Shown piece by piece: positions 10,659-19,190 of a stretch of 34,624 nucleotides of DNA. The notes beneath the pieces were generated by a model. The model saw only the letters and a program-made list of their open reading frames with translations. It was not told the origin of the DNA and did no database searches. Each line of letters opens with the position of its first letter. Within the stretch, counting starts at the first letter, position 1. The position numbers and the translations under genes were made by a program. This DNA comes from Candidatus Falkowbacteria bacterium (GTDB lineage: Bacteria; Patescibacteriota; Patescibacteriia; Patescibacteriales; UBA12465). The stretch covers positions 1-34,624 of the forward strand of contig CAIZYV010000052.1 of assembly GCA_903937325.1 (NCBI GenBank). The letters are read 5' to 3'.

Positions 10659-12572
10659 TTATTGTCTATATTCAAATAAATAAACTTCTCCTTGATTAAT
10701 CTTTTCAAAGTAGTCAGCACTTAGTTTGGCTTCGGCGATTATTTTATTACTTGCCCACCAATACTTATTAATAATAAGATAAGCACGTTTTACATTGGCA
10801 AAATCCATTGCCTCTTTCATTGTCTTTCGATCGGCAGAATCATAAACCATTTTTAAATAATATTGATAGAGCGGACCGCCTGTTGGTATGGGGTAAAAAT
10901 AGATTTCTTCTTTTTCAGTTTTTAGATAACGACGAAAGCCAAATTCACTTAAGGCTGCCGCGCTCGCCTGTTGATTGGCCAAGGTAATATAAGCTTCTCC
11001 TTGTGATAAGTTTTCGGCTTTTTTAACAGCGATGATATCGGCAGCGCTAGTTGAATAGCCTCGGGAATTATAATAATTATCCCAGCGAGGGTAAGATCCG
11101 TAAACAGAAATGCTTATTGTAAAAGCGGCGATAAGAACAATCAAAGCGTGTATTACTTTTTTTTGTTGACTCGTTTTTAGGCCTAGTTGGTATAATATTT
11201 CCCAGTATAATGGCATTAAGATTATTAAGGCGATTATCGGTAAGCGTTCGGCATAGTCACCTTGTTCGTAGGCAATAAGCGCGGGAAATTCAAAGCCGCG
11301 GCTAATTAGATAGGCGCTGATAGCGGCTAAAGCGCTGAGTCCTAAAAGAGTGGCACTTTGTCTTTTTTCTTCGCTCGGCCATAAAAAGAATCGTTTGAAA
11401 AAAATCAGTAAAGCACCGGCGAAGAGTAGCCAGAAATAATTATTGATAAAGAAGTAACTTAGGTTAAGTAGATATCCTTCACTGTTACTAAAAATAGGAT
11501 TAAGCGCACTGAGATTAAAACTTTGCCAGGTTAGCCTGCCAAAAGAAGCCGCCGCCCAAATGGTCAGACAAAATGACAACAGGGAGGCAATAAAAATAAT
11601 GATTGGCTGGCGTAGTCTTTGTATTAAGTTCAACTGTGGTATTATCCTTGGTCCTAGGGACAAAACTACGATCAGGAGGGCGGGTAGGCCGGCCAGAGGG
11701 TGCACAGCTAGAGTGGCTAAGGAGGAAAATAGGCTTAAAGGCCAGGCGGCCTTTTTGTAAAGGAAAATGACAGTAGCTAAGAGTAATAAGTAACTGAAAT
11801 TTTGTGGTGTATTAGCGATAAAAGGAGAAAAACCTATAATCAAGAGCATTAAACTGGCCAACCAACTTATTTTTTGGTCTTCTTCGCGATGATGTAAGTA
11901 GGGAAGTAAATGTGGTAAAGAAAGAGCGGCGACTAGTGGCAAAATCCATTGGTTTATAAGGTGTAAACTTAAGCCGCTAATTTTATGGATGAGAATTATT
12001 AAGCTATAATTGCCGATGTAATAAGGTGTTTTTGGCAATATATAACCGTATTGGCTTATTTCTGCCATCGCCGCTTGGTGGATAAAGGGATCAAAACCAT
12101 AACCTAAGCGATAGACTATTGCCGCAATTGAAAATAAGTTAAAATAATAAATTGTGAGAATTATTTTTTTGTATATCGGAGCGGCTTTTTTATTTAAGGC
12201 TAATATTGATAAAATAGTAGCGGTGCTGATGGCGACAAAAAAGAAAGGATTGATTACAGTCCAAGGGGAGATTATAGCTGCATCTGTTTGTGCTCTGATA
12301 ACTAAGATAAGAGCTAGTCCGCTCGCTAACCAGCTTAAAGCAGCATAAATCCAGAAACTTAAACTAGTTGCCGTTTGTTCTTTTTTTTCTTGTACTTGTT
12401 TTGTTAGTTGTGATTTTAAGCCAAAATATAATATTACGGCTATGACAGTACTGGCAATCAATCCGAGCCAGTTAAGGGCATAGAGAAAATAGACTATGGC
12501 GCTCGCGCTGATAAAAAGGCAGAGGGCGAGCCAAATTTTTTCAAAATTAAGATAAGATAAGTATTTTCGCAT
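10659..12572 (-). CDS. Polytopic integral membrane protein with C-terminal soluble domain (GT-C-like or polymerase-like, unassigned)
   Basis: 637 aa with roughly a dozen hydrophobic helices over about 480 aa, then a soluble tail of about 150 aa. I recognise no catalytic motif with certainty. Confidence 0.75.
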   Translation of the reverse strand: MRKYLSYLNFEKIWLALCLFISASAIVYFLYALNWLGLIASTVIAVILYFGLKSQLTKQVQEKKEQTATSLSFWIYAALSWLASGLALILVIRAQTDAAIISPWTVINPFFFVAISTATILSILALNKKAAPIYKKIILTIYYFNLFSIAAIVYRLGYGFDPFIHQAAMAEISQYGYILPKTPYYIGNYSLIILIHKISGLSLHLINQWILPLVAALSLPHLLPYLHHREEDQKISWLASLMLLIIGFSPFIANTPQNFSYLLLLATVIFLYKKAAWPLSLFSSLATLAVHPLAGLPALLIVVLSLGPRIIPQLNLIQRLRQPIIIFIASLLSFCLTIWAAASFGRLTWQSFNLSALNPIFSNSEGYLLNLSYFFINNYFWLLFAGALLIFFKRFFLWPSEEKRQSATLLGLSALAAISAYLISRGFEFPALIAYEQGDYAERLPIIALIILMPLYWEILYQLGLKTSQQKKVIHALIVLIAAFTISISVYGSYPRWDNYYNSRGYSTSAADIIAVKKAENLSQGEAYITLANQQASAAALSEFGFRRYLKTEKEEIYFYPIPTGGPLYQYYLKMVYDSADRKTMKEAMDFANVKRAYLIINKYWWASNKIIAEAKLSADYFEKINQGEVYLFEYRQ

Positions 12573-12658
12573 ATAGCTATATCATAGCAAATTCTTGCTT
12601 ATTCGGACAATTTTGGCTACTATTAAAAAGAAGATTAAAGGATAAAAATAAGCTTTTT

Positions 12659-14464
12659 ATGAAATTAAGCTGGTTTTGGCAAAAAATAGATTATATTGTG
12701 GTCGGGCTCTTAGCCTTGGTTTTTTTTGTGTCTACGGCCGCTTTTAATTATTATACGCAATCACCGGATTATGTTAAATTTTTATCTCCGGACGAAACAG
12801 CTAATTATTTTTTTGCTCGGCAATATGCCGAATCTGGCCAGTTATCTGTTTTCGAACCGGCTAATCTTGTCGCCGAAGAAATTGTCCATCCGCGCAGTGT
12901 CCGCAGCGATCACGGCTGGTTGAAGCCGGTTAGTTTTCTCGGCATTATTTTAGTTTATGGTCAGATTGGGGCAGTCCTTGGTGTTGGTGTAATTCCCTAT
13001 TTAAGTCCCTTCTTTGCCTCTTTAGGTATTTTGTTTTTTTATGCTTTTGTCCGTCGTCTTTTCGGCAGACAGACTGCTTTGATTTCTGCTTTTCTGCTCG
13101 CTTCTTTTCCGGTTTATTTTTTCTATACCGCCAGAAGCATGTTTCATAATATTTTATTTACCGTTTTTCTTTTGGCGGGAACTTATTTTTTAAGTATCGC
13201 TATGCCGGCTAAATCGGCGGCAGAGGTTTCTTTCTGGCGCTGGCAATTAAATAAAGGAGCTTGGCCGTCTTTTTTATGGTCTTTTTTAGCCGGATTGATG
13301 TTTGGCGGAGCGGTTGGTGCGCGTTCATCAGAATTATTATGGCTAGCGCCCGTTTTGTTTATTGCTTGGCTTTTTTATGCTCGCCGTTTTGGCGTAACTA
13401 GATTAGTTCTGGCAGTGGCCGGGATCGTGCTCGCTCTCTTACCGATTTTTTATTGGAATCAGATTTTATATTCATCGCCTTTTTACGGCGGTTATGGCGA
13501 AATGAATAAATCGATTACGGAATTATCTCAAGCCGGCGGGCAGTTTATTCAATCGACTATTTCCGGCAGTTTTTCCAGATACCAGGCCTTATCTGATACT
13601 GTTTTAAAGAATATTTTTTATTTCGGCTATCAGCCTTATCAGTCTTTGCGCATGTTTTTTTACTATGTGGTAAAAATGTTTCCGGCTTTGTGTCTTCTGA
13701 CTTTTTTTGGTTTGCTGATATTTTTATTTCGTGTTTTTCGTCGTCCCAAGCGGGGCGCTTATCTTTATCTTTTTTCTTGGCTGATATTATCTTTGATTCT
13801 CGTTTTTTATTATGGTAGCTGGCGCTTTAATGATAATCCTGATCCGCGGCGCTTTACTATTGGTAATTCTTATACTCGTTATTGGCTGCCGATGTATCTT
13901 ATGGCTCTGCCTTTAGCCGCTTTAGCTATTAGTTCTTTTTCCCGCTGGTTTGCTTCTTTGTTTAAATTTAAAACTGGCGATGATGGCCGTATTTTTGCGC
14001 GTTCTTTTTTGACTGGTGGCTTGATGGTTTTTTTAAGTGCTGCCTGGGTATTTAATACCTCTATGTTTACTTTTTTTGGCTCTGAGGAGGGATTGGCGAC
14101 CCTGTACCACAATCATATTGTTGATCGGGAAAATGCTCAGATTATTTTGGCGGCAACAGAACCGGAGGCGATAATCGTCACTCAATATCATGATAAACAG
14201 CTCTTTCCGGAGCGTAAAGTCGTTAACGCTTTACTGACCAATGAAGCGGTTAATAATAGTCTCGGCCAATTATTGTCTTTATATCCGATTTACTATTTTA
14301 ATTTTTCTTTTCCTGAAAAAGATTTTCAGTATTTGAATGAACGTCTATTACCGTCTTTCGGTTTTAATTTAGAATTAAAAGATAAACGCGGACGCTTTGG
14401 TTTATATCGCTTAATACCATTTTCGGCTTCAAGTACCCAAGCTATTATTGGCGAGGAAAAATAA
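12659..14464 (+). CDS. GT-C fold glycosyltransferase (family 39/83, ArnT/PMT-like)
   Basis: 601 aa and polytopic. The first-loop SPDETANYFFARQYAESG resembles the DE-x-x-Y acidic loop motif of ArnT/PMT-type enzymes. Confidence 0.7.
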   Translation: MKLSWFWQKIDYIVVGLLALVFFVSTAAFNYYTQSPDYVKFLSPDETANYFFARQYAESGQLSVFEPANLVAEEIVHPRSVRSDHGWLKPVSFLGIILVYGQIGAVLGVGVIPYLSPFFASLGILFFYAFVRRLFGRQTALISAFLLASFPVYFFYTARSMFHNILFTVFLLAGTYFLSIAMPAKSAAEVSFWRWQLNKGAWPSFLWSFLAGLMFGGAVGARSSELLWLAPVLFIAWLFYARRFGVTRLVLAVAGIVLALLPIFYWNQILYSSPFYGGYGEMNKSITELSQAGGQFIQSTISGSFSRYQALSDTVLKNIFYFGYQPYQSLRMFFYYVVKMFPALCLLTFFGLLIFLFRVFRRPKRGAYLYLFSWLILSLILVFYYGSWRFNDNPDPRRFTIGNSYTRYWLPMYLMALPLAALAISSFSRWFASLFKFKTGDDGRIFARSFLTGGLMVFLSAAWVFNTSMFTFFGSEEGLATLYHNHIVDRENAQIILAATEPEAIIVTQYHDKQLFPERKVVNALLTNEAVNNSLGQLLSLYPIYYFNFSFPEKDFQYLNERLLPSFGFNLELKDKRGRFGLYRLIPFSASSTQAIIGEEK

Positions 14465-14474
14465 ATTTTATTTT

Positions 14475-15776
14475 ATGTTTTATCATATAATTACTATTGG
14501 CTGCCAGATGAATAAATCTGATAGCGAGCGCATCGCTTCTTTTTTAGATGAGAAAGGCTATAAATTTCAGTCTTCTTGGCTGGGGGCTGATTTGGTTGTT
14601 ATGACTACTTGCGGTATCCGTCAGTCAGCTGAAGATCGGGTTTATGGTTTAGTAAATCGTATTCGCCAGAGCAATCCTAAAGCGGTTTTGGTTATTACCG
14701 GTTGTTTGTCCCATCGCGCCGATGTGCAAAAGAGGCTAAAGGGTCGGGTAGATTTATTTATGCCGATTAATGAATTGCCAAATTTATTCGCCTTGTTAAA
14801 AGATAGCCGTCAGGATTTAGCTTTAAGTTCGGAGGCGGTGCGAAAATTGAGCGGTGAAAAATATTTAACTATCTTACCTAAATATCAAAGTAATTTTAGT
14901 GCCTATTTACCAATTGGCAACGGCTGCAATAATTTTTGTTCTTATTGTGTTGTCCCTTATGCCCGCGGTCGCGAAGTTTACCGTCCGACCGCTGATATTA
15001 TTAGTGAAGCTAAGGCTTTGCTTAAACGTGGTTATAAGGAAATAATTTTAGTGGCGCAGAACGTTAATAGTTATAAGAGCGGCCGGAGCGACTTTCCAAA
15101 ATTATTAGAGAAAGTAGCGCTTTTACCCGGTGATTTTTGGTTGCGCTTTTCTTCGAGTCACCCCAAAGATTTATCCGATAATCTAATCAAAGTTATTGCC
15201 TCTTCTGATAAGATTTGTCATCACTTGCATGTCGCCGTACAATCTGGTGACGACGAAGTTTTAAAAGCGATGAATCGTCAATATACAGCGGCACATTTTC
15301 GCTCTTTAATTGCAAAAATCAGGCGAGCTAAACCTGGTATTGCTGTGACGACCGATGTGATTGTCGGATTCCCGGGAGAAAGTAAAAAACAGTTTCAAAA
15401 TTCTGTGCGGCTCTTTAAAGATTTAAATTTCGATATGGCTTATACGGCGCAATATAGCCCTCGTCCGGGTACCGTTTCTTGGCGGATGAAAGACGACGTT
15501 AGCCGAGAAGAGAAGAAGCGCCGCGAAGATATTTTGACGACTATATTAAGAAAGAGCGGACGGAAAGCAAATGAAACTTATTTAAAGCAAATAGTCAAAG
15601 TCTTAGCCGAGGGGCAGAATAAACGCCATAAATATTACGGCAAGACTTCTAGCTTCAAGACCGTTCTTTTTAGTGCGCCGTCTTCAGTTATTTCCGAAGA
15701 TATTATTGGTACCTTTGTCACCGTTAAAATAAAAAAAATCCAGGATTTTGGCCTGGAAGGCGAGTTGATAAAATAA
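14475..15776 (+). CDS. miaB: tRNA-2-methylthio-N6-dimethylallyladenosine synthase MiaB (radical SAM methylthiotransferase)
   Basis: N-terminal UPF0004 domain (ITIGCQMNKSDSE), radical SAM CNNFCSYCVVPYARG, and a C-terminal TRAM-like domain. The ATG at 14475 is preferred over the TTG at 14448, which would overlap the upstream gene. Confidence 0.9.
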   Translation: MFYHIITIGCQMNKSDSERIASFLDEKGYKFQSSWLGADLVVMTTCGIRQSAEDRVYGLVNRIRQSNPKAVLVITGCLSHRADVQKRLKGRVDLFMPINELPNLFALLKDSRQDLALSSEAVRKLSGEKYLTILPKYQSNFSAYLPIGNGCNNFCSYCVVPYARGREVYRPTADIISEAKALLKRGYKEIILVAQNVNSYKSGRSDFPKLLEKVALLPGDFWLRFSSSHPKDLSDNLIKVIASSDKICHHLHVAVQSGDDEVLKAMNRQYTAAHFRSLIAKIRRAKPGIAVTTDVIVGFPGESKKQFQNSVRLFKDLNFDMAYTAQYSPRPGTVSWRMKDDVSREEKKRREDILTTILRKSGRKANETYLKQIVKVLAEGQNKRHKYYGKTSSFKTVLFSAPSSVISEDIIGTFVTVKIKKIQDFGLEGELIK

Positions 15777-15777
15777 A

Positions 15778-15806
15778 ACAAGCATCTGTAAAAGATGCTT
15801 GTGTTT
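15778..15806 (+). terminator. Hairpin after miaB (weak U-tract)
   Basis: ACAAGCATC/GATGCTTGT 9-bp stem with a 7-nt loop, followed by GTTT. Confidence 0.5.
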
Positions 15807-15988
15807 CAGAGCACATTTCCGTCAACCGTTATGGATTTTGTGCACTCAATTTGCTCGCTGGGCCGGCATTGCGTTTTTTTGTTAACGATGTACCGGGCGG
15901 ACGCAGTGGTCTGATTCTTTTCATGGCGCTGAAATTTTTTTGGTTTATAATAGAAAGAACACTTAAATTATAGGCAATTAGTCTTTTT

Positions 15989-16933
15989 ATGTCAAATAAA
16001 GGCGATAAATTTAAGAAAACAAAGGTTTTAGTTATTCTTGGGCCGACGGCTTCCGGTAAGACGTCTTTAGGGGTGCGCTTAGCTCGTAAATATAACGGAG
16101 AAATAATTTCTGCCGACAGTCGTCAGGTTTATCGAGGTATGGATATTGGTAGCGGTAAGGATTTAGCTGAATATCTGGTTGATGGGCAGGCTATTCCTTA
16201 TCATCTGATTGATGTTGTTGATCCTCAGACTGAATTTAATTTGGCTGATTATCAAAAACTCGCTTTTGTGGCAATTGAAGATATATCGAAGCGCGGGTGT
16301 CTGCCGATAATTGTTGGCGGCAGTGGTCTTTATCTCCAGGCAGTTGTCGATAATTATAATTTAAGTGCGATTAAACCGGATGTAAAAAAGCGCTCTTTGC
16401 TTGACTCTTTGAGTCGGGAACAACTGTTTGCACGATTGGAAAAATTAAAACCAGAATTTGCTGGACAGCTTAATAATAGTGATAAAAATAATCCGCGTCG
16501 CCTTGTTCGTTATTTGGAAATTCTCGAGACAGATGAGTCGGCACCACCTAAAATCGAGTCACCTTATGATTTTTTGCTTTTAGGTCTGGATTGGCCTGAT
16601 GATATTTTACGAGAAAGAATTAAGCAGAGAATTATCACTCGCTTAGAAAATGAAGATATGATTGGTGAAGTTAGCCGTTTACAAACCGATGGTCTTAGTT
16701 GGCAGCGTCTTTGCTCTTTTGGTTTAGAATATAAATTTATTTCTTATTATCTTTTAGATAAACTTAGTTATGAGGAGATGATAGAGAAGTTAAGCATTGC
16801 TTCTTATCGTTTTGCTAAACATCAGAAAACCTGGTTTCGCCGTTGGGAAAAACAGGGCAGAAAAATTGAATGGGTAAAAGATAAAATCGAAGCAGAAAAT
16901 TTAATTAATCAGTATTTTGGTTCGTCTGAATAA
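15989..16933 (+). CDS. miaA: tRNA dimethylallyltransferase MiaA
   Basis: ILGPTASGKTSLGVRLA P-loop, SADSRQVYRGMDIGSGK, and GGSGLYLQAV. Confidence 0.9.
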   Translation: MSNKGDKFKKTKVLVILGPTASGKTSLGVRLARKYNGEIISADSRQVYRGMDIGSGKDLAEYLVDGQAIPYHLIDVVDPQTEFNLADYQKLAFVAIEDISKRGCLPIIVGGSGLYLQAVVDNYNLSAIKPDVKKRSLLDSLSREQLFARLEKLKPEFAGQLNNSDKNNPRRLVRYLEILETDESAPPKIESPYDFLLLGLDWPDDILRERIKQRIITRLENEDMIGEVSRLQTDGLSWQRLCSFGLEYKFISYYLLDKLSYEEMIEKLSIASYRFAKHQKTWFRRWEKQGRKIEWVKDKIEAENLINQYFGSSE

Positions 16934-16941
16934 AAACCAAC

Positions 16942-16972
16942 AAAAAAGCGCTTGCATATGCAAGCGCTTTTT
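16942..16972. terminator. Bidirectional intrinsic terminator
   Basis: AAAAAA, then GCGCTTGC/GCAAGCGC perfect stem, then TTTTT, between miaA (+) and gatB (-). Confidence 0.85.
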
Positions 16973-16990
16973 ATAATCTTAAGACTTGGT

Positions 16991-18508
16991 TTATTTTAAT
17001 AGTAATTTTTCTAACAAAGGTTTTACTTTTTCAGGATTAGCTTTACCTTTCGTTTCGGCCATTACTTTGCCGATAAAGAATTGAATTAGTGGTAATTTGC
17101 CTTTCTTATATTCGGTGACTTGTTGTGGGTTAGCTTGGATAACAGTATAAATAGCTTTTTCTAATTCCTCTTCATTGTCTGATTGTTCTAATTCTAGCTT
17201 AACCATAATATCACTCGGATCGCCGCCCTCCCAATACATTATTTCTAGAATTCTTTGCCCCGCGTTGGAATTAATTTTGTTCTGCCAAATAAGCGTCATT
17301 AATTCGGCAAAATTTTCTGCTGTCATCTTTAAATTACCGGCGCTACGTTTATTGGTATTGAGATTTTTTAATAATTCCCCCGTAATCCAATTAGCCGCCA
17401 TTTGGGCGACATTTTTATTTTGGCGTTCAAAATTATCACCGCTCGTTTCTATCCAAGCACCGATTTCGGACACGACATTTTCAAAGAAGGCTGACAGCTC
17501 TTTATCGTTGGCGATTGTTTCAGCGCTTTCCGCTTTAAGACCGTACTGGTGCTGAAAACGTTTCTGCTTGACGCCAGGCAGCTCTACTAGACTTTGTTTA
17601 AGAGAGTTAATCCAAGCCTCGTCGATAATTATCGGGGGGATGTCTGGTTCGGGAAAATAACGGTAATCGGCGGCTGTTTCTTTGCGGCGCTGAGCAATTG
17701 TTTCGTTCTTTTTTTCGTCCCAGCCGCGGGTTTCGGGAATTATTTCTAAATCTTCATTTAAAGCTTTTTCTTGGCGGCTGATTTCATAATTAATCGCCTT
17801 TTCTACGGCACGGAAAGAATTGATATTTTTTACCTCTACTTTGTTGTTTAGTTTTTTTCGACCGGTCGGCAGAATCTGTCCTTTTTCATATTTCCAAGCG
17901 CCTGGTTTCTGCAAGCTAATATTTGCTTCACAGCGCATTTCTCCTTTTTCCATGTCGGCGTTGCTGACTGCCAAAAAGCGCAGAACACGCTGATAGTTCT
18001 GACAGAATTTTTTTGCTTCTTCCGCACTTTTGATGACCGGTTCTGTAACCAGCTCGACTAAAGGAGTACCGGCTCGATTGAAATCGATCAGAGTATCTTG
18101 GCTATTTTGTGGATGGAATGATTTGCCAGTATCTTCTTCCAGATGAATGCGAGTTATTTCGATTTCTCGGCCATCTATTTCCAATTTTCCCTGGGAACAG
18201 AAAGGCTGGTCATATTGAGAAATCTGATAGCCTTTAGGCAGGTCGGGATAGAAATAATTTTTACGGTCGAATTTAGAATGCCGATTAATTTGGCAATCTA
18301 AAGCCAGGCCAATGAGTAAGGTCCAATCGATTGCTTGCTTGTTTGGTGTCGGCAAAGTACCGGGGTGACCGAGGCAAATGGGGCAGACCGTTGTATTTGG
18401 TGCCTTGCCCTCGCTGTCGTTATTACAAGAGCAGAACATTTTGCTCTTAGTTTTTAGTTCGGCGTGAATTTCTAAGCCGATAATGATATCATATTTCATA
18501 TCTTTCAT
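16991..18508 (-). CDS. gatB: Asp/Glu-tRNA(Asn/Gln) amidotransferase subunit B
   Basis: YDIIIGLEIHAELKTKSKMFCSC, CPICLGHPGTLP and NRAGTPLVELVTEP, with a C-terminal YqeY-like tail. Confidence 0.95.
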   Translation of the reverse strand: MKDMKYDIIIGLEIHAELKTKSKMFCSCNNDSEGKAPNTTVCPICLGHPGTLPTPNKQAIDWTLLIGLALDCQINRHSKFDRKNYFYPDLPKGYQISQYDQPFCSQGKLEIDGREIEITRIHLEEDTGKSFHPQNSQDTLIDFNRAGTPLVELVTEPVIKSAEEAKKFCQNYQRVLRFLAVSNADMEKGEMRCEANISLQKPGAWKYEKGQILPTGRKKLNNKVEVKNINSFRAVEKAINYEISRQEKALNEDLEIIPETRGWDEKKNETIAQRRKETAADYRYFPEPDIPPIIIDEAWINSLKQSLVELPGVKQKRFQHQYGLKAESAETIANDKELSAFFENVVSEIGAWIETSGDNFERQNKNVAQMAANWITGELLKNLNTNKRSAGNLKMTAENFAELMTLIWQNKINSNAGQRILEIMYWEGGDPSDIMVKLELEQSDNEEELEKAIYTVIQANPQQVTEYKKGKLPLIQFFIGKVMAETKGKANPEKVKPLLEKLLLK

Positions 18509-18538
18509 TTTACCTGGAAAATGATAAAATCGGAAGTC

Positions 18539-18567
18539 TTGACCATTTTTCTAATTAGTGATAAATA
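18539..18567 (+). promoter_or_regulatory. Candidate promoter for the 18612 orphan gene
   Basis: TTGACC, a 17-nt spacer, then TGaTAAATA (extended -10-like). Confidence 0.35.
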
Positions 18568-18611
18568 TTAGTCTTAGTTATTTTAAAAAACAATAATAAA
18601 AAAGCAAGCAA

Positions 18612-19133
18612 ATGGAAGAAAAAGCTTATTCGCCGAAGATTGATTTTTGGCAAGATTTAACCAGGATTATAAAACCGAAGGACAGGGAAACGGTTATGAT
18701 CGAGTGGCAAGGTATTTATCAAAAGATCGGCATCCACCCGCCCATGGATAGTTTATCTATTCCGTCGCGACGCAGCCGAAACTCCCTTCTCACTATTGTG
18801 CTGCCTGATTGTCGACATGAAGTAATTGATTTTTTTCAGAAGGAAGTGATCAGAAAAAAAATTGATCAAGAAGCTATTATTGAGCTTCTTGCTCTTGAAA
18901 GCCATAATTATTTTGATCCCTATGCCGTTTGGCTTCACAAAGATGCCAAGAAGGATTTTCTTGAAACAATTTTAGAAGAAATTTATTATTGTTTCTACGA
19001 TATGAAAAAAAGCCAATGGCATCAATATGGCCAGATTGCTTTTAAATCGCAGGCGGAAAATAAAACGATTTCTTTGTCTGAAGGGTTGTTCAGTGGTAAC
19101 TTATCAATTGGTTATCAATACAATGTTTTTTGA
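18612..19133 (+). CDS. Hypothetical protein (orphan, monocistronic)
   Basis: 173-aa ORF bracketed by a candidate promoter and a strong terminator. It has no TM segment and no motif I recognise. Confidence 0.6.
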   Translation: MEEKAYSPKIDFWQDLTRIIKPKDRETVMIEWQGIYQKIGIHPPMDSLSIPSRRSRNSLLTIVLPDCRHEVIDFFQKEVIRKKIDQEAIIELLALESHNYFDPYAVWLHKDAKKDFLETILEEIYYCFYDMKKSQWHQYGQIAFKSQAENKTISLSEGLFSGNLSIGYQYNVF

Positions 19134-19170
19134 AAAAAGGGCTGTTACGCATCAACGTAACAGCCTTTTT
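19133..19170. terminator. Bidirectional intrinsic terminator
   Basis: AAAAAA, then GGCTGTTACG/CGTAACAGCC perfect 10-bp stem, then TTTTT. Confidence 0.85.
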
Positions 19171-19190
19171 CATTTCCTTTTTAGTTGTTA

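Noticed and set aside
15829-15924. 31-codon minus-strand ORF (MKRIRPLRPPGTSLTKKRNAGPASKLSAQNP) inside the miaB-miaA spacer
   Set aside because: It has no SD or promoter signal, resembles no ribosomal or other small basic protein that I know, and its Pro/Arg-rich composition is what a G+C-rich non-coding stretch yields. The region is reported as a candidate RNA element instead.
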